Shown here: piece after piece, positions 1-12,140 of the stretch
Numbering within the stretch: position 1 is the first letter of the stretch
Layout: each line of letters starts with the position of its first letter
DNA from: Marsupella aquatica
Lineage: Eukaryota > Plantae > Marchantiophyta
Reading direction: 5' to 3'
Length of the DNA: 64,000 bases
NCBI GenBank assembly: GCA_973895155.1
Contig: OZ316896.1
Location: forward strand, 372,001-436,000
Program-made: the position numbers and the translations under genes
Notes under the pieces: generated by a model
Told to the model about the DNA's origin: nothing
The model's input: the letters and a program-made list of their open reading frames with translations, nothing else
Database searches by the model: none

Positions 1-148
1 AGTATGTTTGATTCCGCTCCCGGAAGTGTACTTTTTGATCAAGTCTACAGACTGGTCTCTCCGTTTTTGATCAAGTCCAAGGGACTGGTCCTACCATCTA
101 CAACTCATGCCCGCCGGGTGAGTGCTGTCACCACCCCCCTCCTCTCTT
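1..148 (-). mobile_element. Probable PPT plus start of the 3' LTR of an LTR retrotransposon that runs off the left edge
   Basis: The minus strand reads AAGAGAGGAGGGGGGTGG (148-131), immediately followed by TGACAG (from 130), i.e. a polypurine tract then TG. A short tandem TTTTTGATCAAGTC..GACTGGTC repeat lies within 33-90. No partner LTR was found in the window. Confidence 0.5.
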
Positions 149-1039
149 GGGCAAGCATACCAACATTTACAATAAGATTTGAACACTAGTGACAAGGGAA
201 AATATTTCCACAACGACACCGACCACACGCACTAGGGGAGGAAAACAAACAACACAAGCAACAACAAGTGACGCACAAGATATTGGAATCTCAAGCCAAA
301 TCCATATCTCTTGGTGTTTCTCGTAACACATGCAAGGACAACCCGACCTCCTGCCGTCTGCCCAACTCCTGCCTCCCGGGGACAAGTGCTACGTTCTCCA
401 CCTCACTACTCTGGCTTGAACTTCTCCTAATCGGTGCGCTACTCACAAAAGCTACTCCAAAGCATCCAAGTACTACGCTGAGTTCCCCCCCAACTACTTC
501 GGGGCTCTCCCCCTAAATACCAAAAAAAACCACACCAAAGCACCCCTCATGGGGTCACAACGATGGCGGCTACCCTAGCGGCGCCGCTAAAACCCTGCAC
601 TAAGAAATCCCTAAACTAAAAAGGCATGCGGCACACACATGCTGCTAAAACCCTAAACCCTAAACAAGGGGCCGACGGTGCCTTCGACGGCGCCCCAACT
701 GTACACAGTGAACCCTGAAATTGCAAGGCACCCCACAATGGCCGAAACTAGGTGCCCTATTAATTGTACTTTTGAGCTCACCCTTGGATAGCCCTTCTCC
801 TCCTGATCCCGAAGCACTCAGCCGCACTTGCAATGGACATCGGACGCCTGAGTTATGGTCGTTTTCGTATCGCGAAAACACAATTTCGTTGGGCCATAAC
901 TTGCTCATCTTGGCTCCGTTTGAGGAGCGCCGCCTCTTGTTGGAATCAGCTCCGCGAGCTCTTTCCAACAAGCCCGTGAGTGACCCCTCACAAAAAAGTT
1001 GGAAATCCAGAGGCCGTACAACCACATCCGTACGACTAT

Positions 1040-2893
1040 CTACTCCTCCTCTTCTTCACTCTCGGTGCCCCGGCTTGTGCCCCGTGAGTGGGCCTCCTCT
1101 TCATCACTCACGGGAGTGAGTGCCACCTCACTTTTCTTCTTCTTTACCGGGGTACCCTTCGTGCTACCGCTCCCTTGCTTCCTCAAAGTGGCCAAGGCCT
1201 GCCACGCCTTGATGTACCCCTCACCAATGGTGTCTTTCCATAGGGTAGCCTCTTCTCCGGACCGCAACTCCAACGGTAGAACTTGCCCGGTGGCCATGGG
1301 AGTCCCGGGGGTGACAGACCTGGGTGGCATCCCTGTACTGACCTGAGCCTCCCGTAATGATTTCCGTACCTCCCGGAGCTTCTTCTCCAAGCCCTTGCTC
1401 TTCTCCTGACTCTTCTTGGCTCCATCCAACAAGGGCCCATACTTCCCACTAACCTCCTTCACCACCATCTCAATAGCCTGGGAGATCAAATCCGGAGAAA
1501 GTGTGGAGCTAGGTGTGCCGGGGCTCTTCCGTTTCCCCAGACTTAAGGCCTCACTCCTCTTTGCTCGTGTCTCAAAGGCGGCCACCTGACTCCGTAGTGC
1601 TCCCACCTGGTTTCTCCACTCCACCACTTCTCCAGAATTCTGCTTCTCTTTGGCCAATGCTTGTCTCAATGCTCCCACCTCTTCTGCTTCCTTGGCCTTG
1701 GTGGACAAGGCTCCCTTCAAGTTGGAGATCTCTACGTGAGCTGCTTGGAGAAGCTTAACCTTCTCATGAATGGTCCCCTCCTTGGCCTTGATCACCTCCT
1801 TCAGAGACAGGGTACTCTGCTCTAACGTCTCTACTCTGGCTGTGGCGTGCTTGAGAGAATCTCTCAATGCGTGGACTAGCTTGAGTCCCTCATGGACTCC
1901 CTCTCTGAATTCCCGTAGCTCTGCCAGGTAAACATCCGGAATGTTGTAGACTAGGGGTTTTTTCGGATCTCCCATGAGTGATTCAAGCCACTCCAACGTG
2001 TAGTCCTCATCCTGGTTTTCTTCTCCTCTATCGTCATCCCCACCAGCCGACAATGATTCCTCCGTGAGCTTCCCTAAAACGGTAGTGGCAATACTCCAGA
2101 TCTCCGTGGTGAGAGATGATCCCGTGTCTTCCTGTCCCGGGGAACCAATCAACCCTTCTGCCCTGGCCAATACAAATGACCCCATCAAATGTGCAGCCCC
2201 ACCTGGTTTCACACTCCCGAGGTCAGCGGCCAACAACTTCTTCAACCCGTAGTACCACCATCCGTACACATGGGCTGGGTGGTTCTTGATATCCATAGCT
2301 ACCACGAAATGCTCTTCATTCACCACCCCGGATTGCACGTTGCCAAGGACCCGTTGATGAACCTTGGCCAGGAATCCCTTATACTCAACATCCTTGACAG
2401 CGGAAAGAGGGATGGCAGTGGTGGAAGTGGGATTAATCACCCAAGTGGCCACCATCTTCAACGTGAGTTCTCCCCTAATGTGCCGAGGTGTGAATGAGAA
2501 TTTCTGATTCTCCAGAAACAGCAGCCTAGCCAACTCCACATGGGGCACTACACGTTTGAGACATTCAAAGTAGATTCCCTCCGTTCGTAACTCCATCCCG
2601 GCCTCAATGTCCCAGCTCTTCCCCGGGGGGATGGTAATCTCCACCTTCATGAATTTTGTAACCCCGGTGGCTTGGAAAATATTCCGACAATCCTCCATCA
2701 CCTTGGCGGAGGTCTTGGGATAAATTCGACAAAAAATCCTCCTACCCACCGGCGTGGAACCTGCTGCCAATCCCGTGCTCATCGTAGCTTCTCTCTCTTC
2801 TCTCTCCCTTGCAATCAAAGTCTCCACGTAGTCACGGTAAGCAGCCTTGTATCTTCGAATGCGTGCCACACTAAACTCCGGTTGATCTAGCAT
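1040..2893 (-). CDS. 617-aa intronless orphan ORF, probably an accessory (env-position) ORF of an LTR retrotransposon; globular N-half, coiled-coil/charged C-half
   Basis: Uninterrupted 1854-nt ORF with a heptad-rich region (VETLEQSTLSLKEVIKAKEGTIHEKVKLL...) and an acidic tail. It lies ~900 nt upstream of a PPT+TG on the same strand. No gag, RT or integrase motifs. Confidence 0.55.
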   Translation of the reverse strand: MLDQPEFSVARIRRYKAAYRDYVETLIAREREEREATMSTGLAAGSTPVGRRIFCRIYPKTSAKVMEDCRNIFQATGVTKFMKVEITIPPGKSWDIEAGMELRTEGIYFECLKRVVPHVELARLLFLENQKFSFTPRHIRGELTLKMVATWVINPTSTTAIPLSAVKDVEYKGFLAKVHQRVLGNVQSGVVNEEHFVVAMDIKNHPAHVYGWWYYGLKKLLAADLGSVKPGGAAHLMGSFVLARAEGLIGSPGQEDTGSSLTTEIWSIATTVLGKLTEESLSAGGDDDRGEENQDEDYTLEWLESLMGDPKKPLVYNIPDVYLAELREFREGVHEGLKLVHALRDSLKHATARVETLEQSTLSLKEVIKAKEGTIHEKVKLLQAAHVEISNLKGALSTKAKEAEEVGALRQALAKEKQNSGEVVEWRNQVGALRSQVAAFETRAKRSEALSLGKRKSPGTPSSTLSPDLISQAIEMVVKEVSGKYGPLLDGAKKSQEKSKGLEKKLREVRKSLREAQVSTGMPPRSVTPGTPMATGQVLPLELRSGEEATLWKDTIGEGYIKAWQALATLRKQGSGSTKGTPVKKKKSEVALTPVSDEEEAHSRGTSRGTESEEEEE

Positions 2894-3254
2894 TCATGCA
2901 TCCCGAAATCAAATCAATCACCAAATCCTGTCACCCGTAGCAATGTCAATTCCCTGGCCCAAAACAGCCCCTGTATCCCGATCAATCAATCACCTTCCTT
3001 AATTCCCTCAGAAGCCACTCCGTGCTGCTGCCGCTAATGCCCGGAAGAATCATGCCAACAAGCCCCAACAATTGACCAAGAGAAAGAGCTTCCAAAATAA
3101 TTGCAAAATGTGGAGAGAGCTTTCGGCAGAGCAAGAAGCCCCGCAAAGAGAAGGGAGGAAAAAAATGAAATACAAAGAAAAGGGGAGAAAACCCCTTTCT
3201 TCACCCTTCCCAACAATTCTTTGTCCCGGCTCCCCTCACGCCATACGCCCCGGC

Positions 3255-4025
3255 TCGCGGCCCTATGCAGGGTGCACACAGGCTGACACGCGGCTGCCGC
3301 TTCCCCGTTTCTCGCCCGCCGTGCCCAGTACCTGCCTCCCACTAGTCGGGGAGCATTTATTCCCCCCGTACCTCTCTGCCTTGGGCCTCCGCGCCCCCCC
3401 TCGTTTCCTCCTGCAGCCCCGCGCCCTCCTCCTGCTCGCGGGAGCCCTTTCCTGCCCCGGCTCGCCTCTTTACACGGCACGCGGCCCTATGCAGGGCGCA
3501 CTACCTCATTACTCCCGGCCTCAGCCTCCCGTCTGTGTCTCCCGGCTGCCGTTTAGTCCCCCTCATGGGAGGGTACAGGGTGCCTCCCTTATCCCAGAGT
3601 GTTGCGCCCCTTTTTGGGGATTTAATTTTTTTCCCCGGCAACCTCTCTCACAGCCACCCCCGCTCACGGGCTCACGGGAGGGTTTAATACCCCCCCCCTT
3701 TACTCCTCGGCTGTGGCCCGGCTGCCCTCGTCCTGGCTCGCGCTTGCTCAGCCTGGGGATTCCACATGGCGGCCCTAGGGCTGCCCCTTATGGGCCCCCA
3801 AGTGCTCGCCCTCTGCCAGGCCACTTTAAGGGGTATTTAACCCCCCTCCGCGACCTTCCTGCACCGGCCTCCCTACTTAGTACTCGCGGTGCCCCTTAAG
3901 GGGGAATTTTAATTTCTCCCCCACACCTCGGCGTCTCGCTTCCTTCAGCTCGCGGGGCTCCTTCAAACGGGGGATTTAATCCCCCCCTTCCTTCTCCTGA
4001 ACGAGGCCCTATGCAGGGCTCGCGA
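3255..4025. repeat. GC-rich dispersed subrepeats upstream of the orphan ORF
   Basis: GGCCCTATGCAGGG occurs three times (~3259, ~3483, ~4005), along with several GG(A/T)TTTAA..CCCCC motifs. Confidence 0.5.
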
Positions 4026-4602
4026 CAGCCTCCTCCATGTCCAGCCCATAAAAAAAAACTTCCCCCTAATCACACTGCCGGGGTCACCTCTACTCAAAAA
4101 CTTCCTTGCTCCCGGTCCTATTTTATTTCTTCTTCCCACCAACCTTGCTATTGAGTTCTCTAAAAATGGCCATAAAATAATGGGGAGTCCCCCAAAGGCA
4201 GGGCCCTCCGCCCAACATAATTGCAGAACAATTAGGGGATAAAAATAAATACAGTTGTTCTGTCACAGGTGATAGAATTAACTTATAAAAAATTGAAAAA
4301 ATGGTTATTTACAATGGTTATTTACACTGCGCAACACTCCGCGACCAAGTTATTCGTGATTTTATGTGACGGGGACCCCGTCACATGAATTATGACGTCT
4401 TCCTTCATGACGATATGATCATGACTCATCACATGCACACATAGTCGACACAATCCATACGTGGTTCACCTCTTCTCCAACGCTACATCCACAAGAACAT
4501 GAAAATCTTTACTTCAAGAGTAGATGAACACACATGCTCTCCCTCTTCCTCAAGTTGCTCCGTTACAATGAGTAAGCACCACACCAGCGGCTTACACTGG
4601 CC

Positions 4603-4894
4603 TATAAGGAACCGTCGGCTCATGTACTAGAAAGCAATGCGGAACATGAAAGCACTCAATCTCACACTACACCAACAAGACACCACAATGGAGAAACTCC
4701 TAAAGAATCCATAGCTCATGAGAAGTACATGTGAAGAATGAGAGAGAGAAAGCTCTCCCTCCAACCTATACCCCCCAAGGGGGCCAAGATGTGTGGGCCT
4801 AAACTAAGCGGATCTTATCCTAATGTAATCCAGGATTAACTAACCCTAATAAGGCCAAACTAACTAAGCCAGGAACTCAAGTCAATTCCTAACA
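4603..4894 (-). repeat. 3' LTR of copia element 1
   Basis: Direct repeat of 10225-10516; its plus-strand left end is TATAAG rather than TGTAAG. Confidence 0.95.
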
Positions 4895-4961
4895 ATCTCC
4901 ACCTTGACTCCAGTTCACACAATGAGTCAGGTGATATACAATATGTAACTAAGTAACATAT

Positions 4962-7900
4962 CTACATAGTCTCCGGTTTGGCCCTAACATTAATAATATT
5001 CACACAATGACTAAAGCTACTGGTAGGTAAAACTTTGGTAAGCATGTCTGCTGCAATTCTCCTCTGAAGCCACTTTCTCCAGAAAAATCTGCTTTGTCTC
5101 AATCACCTCACGGATGAAGTGATAACGAATATCAATGTGCTTTGTCCTAGCATGGAACACAGGGTTCTTAGCCAGATGCAAAGCACTTTGACTGTCACAC
5201 AGCAGCACCGGTCTTTCAGGTGAAAGACCCAGATCACTCACCAATCTCCGTAGCCAGATCAACTCCTTGGTTGCCTCACAGGCAGCCATGTACTCAGCCT
5301 CAGTAGTAGACAACGCAACACAGGATTGAGTTGTTGACTTCCAGCTGATACAACCTCCACCCAGCATAAACACATAGCCTGTAGTAGACTTCCTGTTATC
5401 TAAGTTACCAGCATAATCTGAATCTACAAAACCTTCAAACTCTAATGTAGAGTCTACTTTACCATCAAATAAGATCCCACAATCTAAGGTACCTTTCAGA
5501 TACCGCAAAACCCACTTCATTGCTTCACAGTGAAGCTTACCAGGATTTGCCATAAATCTGCTCAAAATGCTAATAGCGTGGGCAATGTCAGGTCTAGTGC
5601 ATGTCATCGCATACATCAAACTACCCACAACACTATCATAGGGAACATGTTTCATCGCCAGTCTATCACTCTCACTAGAAGGGCAATCATTCTTTGAGAG
5701 TTTAAAGTGGGAAGCCAATGGAGTACCAACTGGTTTTGCATTCTCCATTCCATACTTGGCAAGTACCTTCTCCAAATACTGCCTTTGAGACAACCATAAT
5801 TGTCTCCGCTCCCTCTCACGATGAATCTCCATCCCTAGAATCTTCTTGGCCTGACCCAAGTCCTTCATTGAAAACTCCTTACTCAACATTGTTTTCAGAT
5901 GGGCAACATCAGACTTATTCTCAGCCAGGATTAGCATGTCATCCACATATAGTGCCAGCACAATGTAACCAAAGCGTGAGCAATTCTCCACCTCCTTCAT
6001 GTAAATACAGCAATCATGTTCACTCCTCGTGAACCCTTGAGATAACATGAAGGAATCAAAACGCTTATTCAATTCCATTGTCTGGGACTCTGCTTCAATC
6101 CGTATAACGAGCGCAAGAGCTTACACACCAAGTGTCTTGTGTTCTCGTCTATAAATCTTGGAGGTTGAGTCATATAAATCTCCACATCAAGCAATCCATG
6201 CAAGAAAGCAATAATTACATCCATCTGATCTAACTCAAGATCATAGAATGCCACAATCGCAAGTAAAACACGGATAGTGACGAGTTTGACAACTGGTGAG
6301 AAAATCTCCGTGTAGTCCAAGCCCTCCTTTTGGGTGTACCCTTTGGCCACAAGGCGTGCCTTGTAAGTGCCATCCTGCTTCTTCTTGTACAATCATCTAC
6401 ACGGAACCAGTGTCTTCCCACGAGGCATGTCAGTTAAGCACAAAGTTGAATTCTTCTTCAAAGAATTCATCTCCTTCAACATTGCCTCCATCCACTTATC
6501 CTTCTCTGGAGAGGCCATAGCTTCTTCATAGCTAGAGGGGTCTGCATCTTTAGTGAGCAAAACAACACCGAGATCATCGTCATGCTCAACAACGTGAACA
6601 CGAGGATCTGCAAAACCAAATCTATCAGGGGGTTGGCCAAAATTGGCCCTGGTGGAGCTCCTTGGTTGAGGAACTACACCTCTACCAGAGGGACCAGCAG
6701 CTTCCTCATCACCACCAAGCTCCACCATAGTGGGTTCCTCCACTTGTTGCTCCTGAATATCCCGGGGTCTTGACAACCATTCTTCGTCAAAAACAGCATT
6801 TCTGCTCACAACTGCCTTGCAATCGATAGGATCCCACAATTTATAGCCCTTCTGCCCAAGACTAAAGCCTAGAAAAATACATTTCTTAGACTTGGGATCC
6901 AACTTAGACCTGTGTGTCTGCTCAATGTGAACATAGGCAGCACAACCAAAAACTTGGAGTCTAGAGTAATCAGCAGGTCTCTTATACCATAACTCAAATA
7001 GAGTCTGCATCAACTTACTACTGTGCGGTGACAGATTGTAGACGTATGCAGCTTGGTTGACAGCTTCAGCCCAAAAATTATTGGGCAATTTGGACTTACA
7101 AAGCATGCTGCGTGCTTTCTCTAGTAATGTTCGATTCAACCGTTCTACAACTCCATTCTGCTGTGGGGTCTCCGATACAGTATAATGACGCTTGAGGCCA
7201 AGGTCCCGACCAAATTGGTCAAACTCATTGGACCTATACTCGCCACCGTTATCTGACCAAACACACTTCAACTCCTTCCCAGTCTGTAGCTCCACCATGG
7301 CTTTCCACTCCTTGAAGATCTCAAATACTTGAGACTTCTCCTTCATGTAGTACAGCCAACACACTCGAGAGTAATCATCTACAAACGTCACAGAATATCT
7401 GGCTCCACCCAACGACGGTTCCGGCGCTGGACCCCAAACATCCAAATGTACATACTCAAGAATCTCATGAGAATGGTACGAACTAGAACTAAAACTCACT
7501 CTCCTCTGCTTGCCAAAGATGCAATCTTCACAGAAAGAGAGTTTACTGGATTGAGCGACTTGCAGCAAATCTCTGTTTGCCAAGACTGCCAATCCTTTAC
7601 CACTCAAGTGCCCCAACTATGCATGCCACAAATCTATGGCTTGTGTGCGACCAGATGTTGAGGGTGCTTCAATTGAAGCAGCCGAAGATGATTCTGCGGC
7701 AGCTATTGCCGCTGCATCCAAACGTCCCACCACAGAATCCACATGCTCCACTCTAGGAGCAATGACATCTTCTTTCAAGTCTATGTACAAATTATTCTGC
7801 CGTAGCGCCTTAATCAAAGATACATTATCTTTGACGACAAAGAGCGCACCATCACGCGCAGTGAAATGAGATCCACCAGCTTCCAAAGCACCAAGAGAAA

Positions 7901-8999
7901 TCAAGTTCTTAGAGATGTCTGGTATGTGCCTGACTTCCGTCAATGCTCTCACAACACCATCAAACATCCGGAATTTGATAGTCCCCATGCCAACAATCGT
8001 ACATCAGACACCATTTCTGACTTCCACAGTACCGGTACAAGGTTGGTAAGTGGAGAAATACGATCGCGTTGGACACACGTGATAAGAGGAACCCGAATCC
8101 AACATCCATTTATTGTCATACACAGAATTCACAACACCAATACATAGCACCTCAGCAACATCCTCATGATCAGCAATCACAATGCCAGCTGACGATGAGG
8201 ACGCACCATTGGAAGGAGAACCCTTTTGCTTTGATAGAGAAGGACAATTCCACTTTGTGTGGCCCTTCTCATGGTAATGCCAACACTGAATTTTCTTACT
8301 ACGAGACTTAGATTTAGATCTACTCTGAGATTTAGATCTAGACTGATCTGTAGTATGCTCCGTCGTTTTGTCTCTAACCACTAAGGCAACAGACTCATCA
8401 TAACAGGTAGAGAGATGTCGCTTGCTCCATTCTGCAAGAATGGTAGCCTTCACCGCATCCAGCTTCAACGTTGTCTTGTCATGTGTGACGTGATGTGTGA
8501 TGATCGTCACCAACGTCGAAAAACTCTTTGGAAGCAACATCAACAAATGCATCGCAAGGTACTCATCGGTCAACTTATCTCCCGCCATGGTCACCTCGTG
8601 CACAATCTCATCAAAGAGACTTAGGTGATCACTCATATTGCCACCATCCTTTAACTTCAACCTGAACAACCGCTCCAACTGGTAAATACGAGTAGTCAAC
8701 GAAGTACTTTGGTATAGCTGAGTAAGCGTATCCCAGATCTTCTTGGCATTACGATCCATCCCCTACACGTTCTTGAGAATGTTGTTAGCCAAGAACAACT
8801 CAATTGTACTACACGCCTGCACAGACATGTCTTCCCACTCCTCATCTGTCAGAGTCGAGGGCTTCACTCCAGTGATGGTCTTCTCAAGACCCTGCTGGAT
8901 CAACACATTAGTGACCTTCTGAGTCCAAAGGCTAAAGCTAACCTTCCTGTCAAACTTCTCCACCTCAAACTTTGGCGCCGCAAGCTTTCGCGAAGTCAT
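4962..8999 (-). pseudogene. Copia gag-pol polyprotein, disrupted by stops and frameshifts
   Basis: Motifs seen: KFEVEKFD (gag), WMLDSGSSYH (protease), VHLDVWGP..SDNGGEY..PQQNGVVER (integrase), YKARLVAKG..LYGLKQ..LYVDDML (RT), DSDYAG..STTEAEY..HIDIRYHF (RNase H). Multiple in-frame TAG/TGA stops; frameshifts near 6070 and 5057. Confidence 0.93.
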
Positions 9000-10224
9000 G
9001 GATGTTGTCACAAACACACAGGAAACACAAGTACCGAAATACCTCCACACACAAATCACCAAAAATGAAAGTTGGCAAAAGTGGAAATGAAATGCACCGC
9101 CGCGTAGCCTGCAAGGTAATATTTCCAAAACACCAAGCAGCTCTGCAAATGGACACTTGAGCCTAGAGTTATTATCTTTTCAGTGCAAGGGTGAAAACAT
9201 CGGTTCAAACCCCGTTGAAGGAATATTTTAATAAAAAATTCCACAGACCTCTGTTTCCAAAACAAAATTTTCAGGCCCCTTCCCTACTCCCTTGGGAACA
9301 CCTGTGCAAAAAATCTTTGAAAACGAAACTTGTTTGCCATGCCGAATCACATAAATAGTACCAAAATGGTACTAGAACATGAAACTGGTCACATTTCTAC
9401 ACGACTCTCGTGTAGAGGGTGAGCTCTACACGACCCTCGTGTAGAAAAAAGGTCCCTGCCACCTCGAGAAATAGTTTTCAGGCCTATTCGGCCGAACAAA
9501 CCAAGACTTCTACGCGAGTCTCACGTAGAAAGACTATGCCACCTCAAGGTAAAAAAAAACACGAAAACCTGTTTGTCCAAGCCTTTGTGGCCCAACAAGT
9601 CAAGGTTCTACACGAGCCTCGTGTAGAAAAGCGTCCCCCGCAATGTGCGCCACTTCTTTCGTATCACAAATGGCAAGAACTTTGATCACACATAACTCCA
9701 TAACCAGACCTCCATTTGATCTCCGCTTTACACCGTTGGAATTAGAACGACGAAAGCTATCTCACAACCAGGCATCCAAAGTCAACACACAACTTTGGTT
9801 TCTGCCCTAATCTATGATTCAGCGCAGCCGCATCATGTAGCTCACGGCTATGGCCGCCACCAAAAAGCTTTTGCTTTAATTTCTAGCCCAATGCTGCCTC
9901 AATCAACATTGCTCCGCACTTGTTTGATGAAAAAACAATGAGATCTCCACCAAAAACATAGTACGCATCAATGTGCACAAGAGATCTTAGGATTATTCAC
10001 CTAACAATACCTTCGGAAACAAAATGACACATCCGACACTTCTATTGAAGTTTCAATCGGGAAACCGTCACCTATTCCAACACAAAATCTCCAACACACC
10101 ACTACCAGTGACACGATCATACACACATTGACAACGATCCGATCTGTCACCCCGATTCAACACAAAGAATACTCTCACCATTGTCCATGCAACCGAACTT
10201 CAAACACGAAGCTCTAATACCACT

Positions 10225-10516
10225 TGTAAGAAACCGTCGGCTCATGTACTAGAAAGCAATGCGGAACATGAAAGCACTCAATCTCACACTACACCAACAA
10301 GACACCACAATGGAGAAACTCCTAAAGGATCCATAGCTCATGAGAAGTACATGTGAAGAATGAGAGAGAGAAAGCTCTCCCTCCAACCTATACCCCCCAA
10401 GGGGGCCAAGATGTGTGGGCCTAAACTAAGCGGATCTTATCCTAATGTAATCCAGGGTTAACTAACCCTAATAAGGCCAAACTAACTAAGCCGGGAACTC
10501 GAGTCAATTCCTAACA
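10225..10516 (-). repeat. 5' LTR of copia element 1
   Basis: TG...CA, adjacent to the PBS, ~98% identical to 4603-4894. Confidence 0.95.
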
Positions 10517-10644
10517 TGGCCCTGGTATATACAAGGTCACACACGACTAATCTAACCTCAACTAAGACCCTAACTGTGGTTAGCCTAAGTGTCGTAACCT
10601 TTGAGTCACAAGACTAAGAGCAATCCTTAACATTAATCAAGAAA

Positions 10645-11120
10645 AGGTTTCCAATGAGCCTAAGATTGACAAAGTTTGTCAAATTCCAAATGAGTTTTTG
10701 AATTTCTCTGCCTTTCCAATGAGTGTGACAATACAAAATTTTGATCATAAGTTCATGAATTCTTTTAGCTTTTCAACATTGAGTCTGACACTGACAAATT
10801 TCATATCAGATTTTATCACTGGACTAAAGAGATCATGAGGTTTTCAATCTCTCTAGCTTTCTAATCTTTGACATTGGGAGTATTTGTCAAGAATTAGAGA
10901 GATCATGAGTATCTCAAGTTCTCTAGCTTTCCAATGAACCTAACATTGATAGATTTTGTCAAGTACTAAAGAGATGATGAGTTTCTAATTTTACTCTAGC
11001 TTTCCAATGAGTGTGACATTGACATATTTTATGAAGACACTACTAAAGAGGTCACGAGTTTCTTGATCTTGAGCTTTCCAATAAATCAAACATTGAAAGT
11101 TTTAATCAAGTACTAAGGAC
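10645..11120. repeat. Degenerate tandem array of ~60-85-bp units
   Basis: The core CTAGCTTTCCAATGA..TGACATTGA..TCAAGTACTAAAGAG recurs about 7 times (~10648, 10710, 10767, 10853, 10923, 10996, 11072). Confidence 0.7.
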
Positions 11121-11329
11121 ATTGATTATTTAGTTTTACAATGTGGAGCCAAAGGGGTTCTAATTATGTACATTTATATGGATTGGTTATTTTTTCAAAC
11201 TTGCAAACAATTAAAAAATTCAAGTATTTTGATGTAAAACACTAAATATCATTGATGAATATCAGAATGATAACTTTATATTACTAAATGACATCTCTTC
11301 CTTTGTATTTTGGTATTTTTACACTTAAT

Positions 11330-12140
11330 ATTTATGGCATGGCGTCCCAAAAGTTATGTTATTTTTGTCAAAAACATGAATGTGCATTTTTGTTACTGTT
11401 AAATTAGTTCGTGGACCCCTTGACTAATTGATACCCTAGTTATCACAAACAGTTTTCAAAATCAGGCCTTTTCGGTACATGCTACCAAATTCTCAAGCTA
11501 CGAGAATCAAAATTCAATTTGTGACATTTGCAATTAGATGAATGTCTGATCAAATGAATTGTTTCAGTTCATTGAGTGTTCAAGTTCGGACCATGGCTAG
11601 CAGTTTACCTTAATTGCAAAGGGCCGGAAATCTTATTCCAAATGCCAATTACCCTTTGGCAAGGAAATTATCAAGTTAGTTATTAGTAATTATTTATTAT
11701 ATAAAATTTTATTTTTTTAAATCTTGGAATTTAAGTTTTAAAATTGGAAATGTAACTAAAACGGTTACATAGTGACAATTTTAACCGTCTTGTTATTTAC
11801 ATTTTTAATTTTTAACTTTTTTTTATAGCATGGCATCCCAAAATTTACACTCAATTGATACAAACACGAATGAAAACTATAAGTTTGACTCACAAAACTA
11901 ATGAGTCTTGTTTGTTACTATTGTTATTGACGTGGCATAATGTGGTGCCAGGAATTTTGGAAATGACTTCTAGTGGGGTCTGTAAATAAGATCTATCTTG
12001 TTTGTGGTTGATTTTTGCCACAATCATGAATGTATATTTTTGTTACTCTTAAAATAGTATCTATCGTGTTTGTGGTTGGTTGTGTTGATGTGATGCAACC
12101 TTGTGACAAAGAATTTACAAGGGACCTCTCATGGGGTAAG
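11330..12140 (+). repeat. AT-rich interspersed repeat (possibly MITE-like), with a related inverted copy at ~49660-49870
   Basis: GCATGGC(G/A)TCCCAAAA occurs at ~11337 and ~11828. GGGGTCTGTAAATA (~11975) and GGGACCTCTCATGGGGT (~12121) match reverse-complement sequence at 49660-49830. Confidence 0.4.

Larger units (their letters stand above)
4603..10516 (-). mobile_element. Full-length Ty1/copia LTR retrotransposon (decayed)
   Basis: 292-bp LTRs at 4603-4894 and 10225-10516 with 6 mismatches, all A/G. TSD TGGCC at 4598-4602 and 10517-10521. Met-tRNA-type PBS TGGTATTAGAGC (10222-10211) and PPT-like AGTCAAGGTGGAGAT next to 4894. Domain order is gag-PR-INT-RT-RH. Confidence 0.97.
4365..10632 (-). 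mobile_element. Probable solo copia-type LTR (~4365-4602 plus 10522-10632) split by the younger copia insertion
   Basis: The joined flanks start with TG (4365) and end CCTTAACA (10632). They contain ACGTGGTTCACC and CTACATCCAC, motifs common in plant copia LTRs. No clean TSD, so boundaries are tentative. Confidence 0.4.

Noticed and set aside
3072-3899. 275-aa Pro-rich ORF
   Set aside because: Low-complexity GC-rich repeat region with a TTG start and no recognisable motif; likely a chance ORF.
4603-10516. All 6 LTR mismatches are A/G on the plus strand, suggesting strand-specific editing
   Set aside because: Too few events. Internal stops include both C>T and G>A types on the sense strand, which fits ordinary methyl-C deamination on both strands.
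10645-11120. CRISPR-like repeat/spacer array
   Set aside because: Eukaryotic context, degenerate repeats, mutually homologous spacers and no cas genes.
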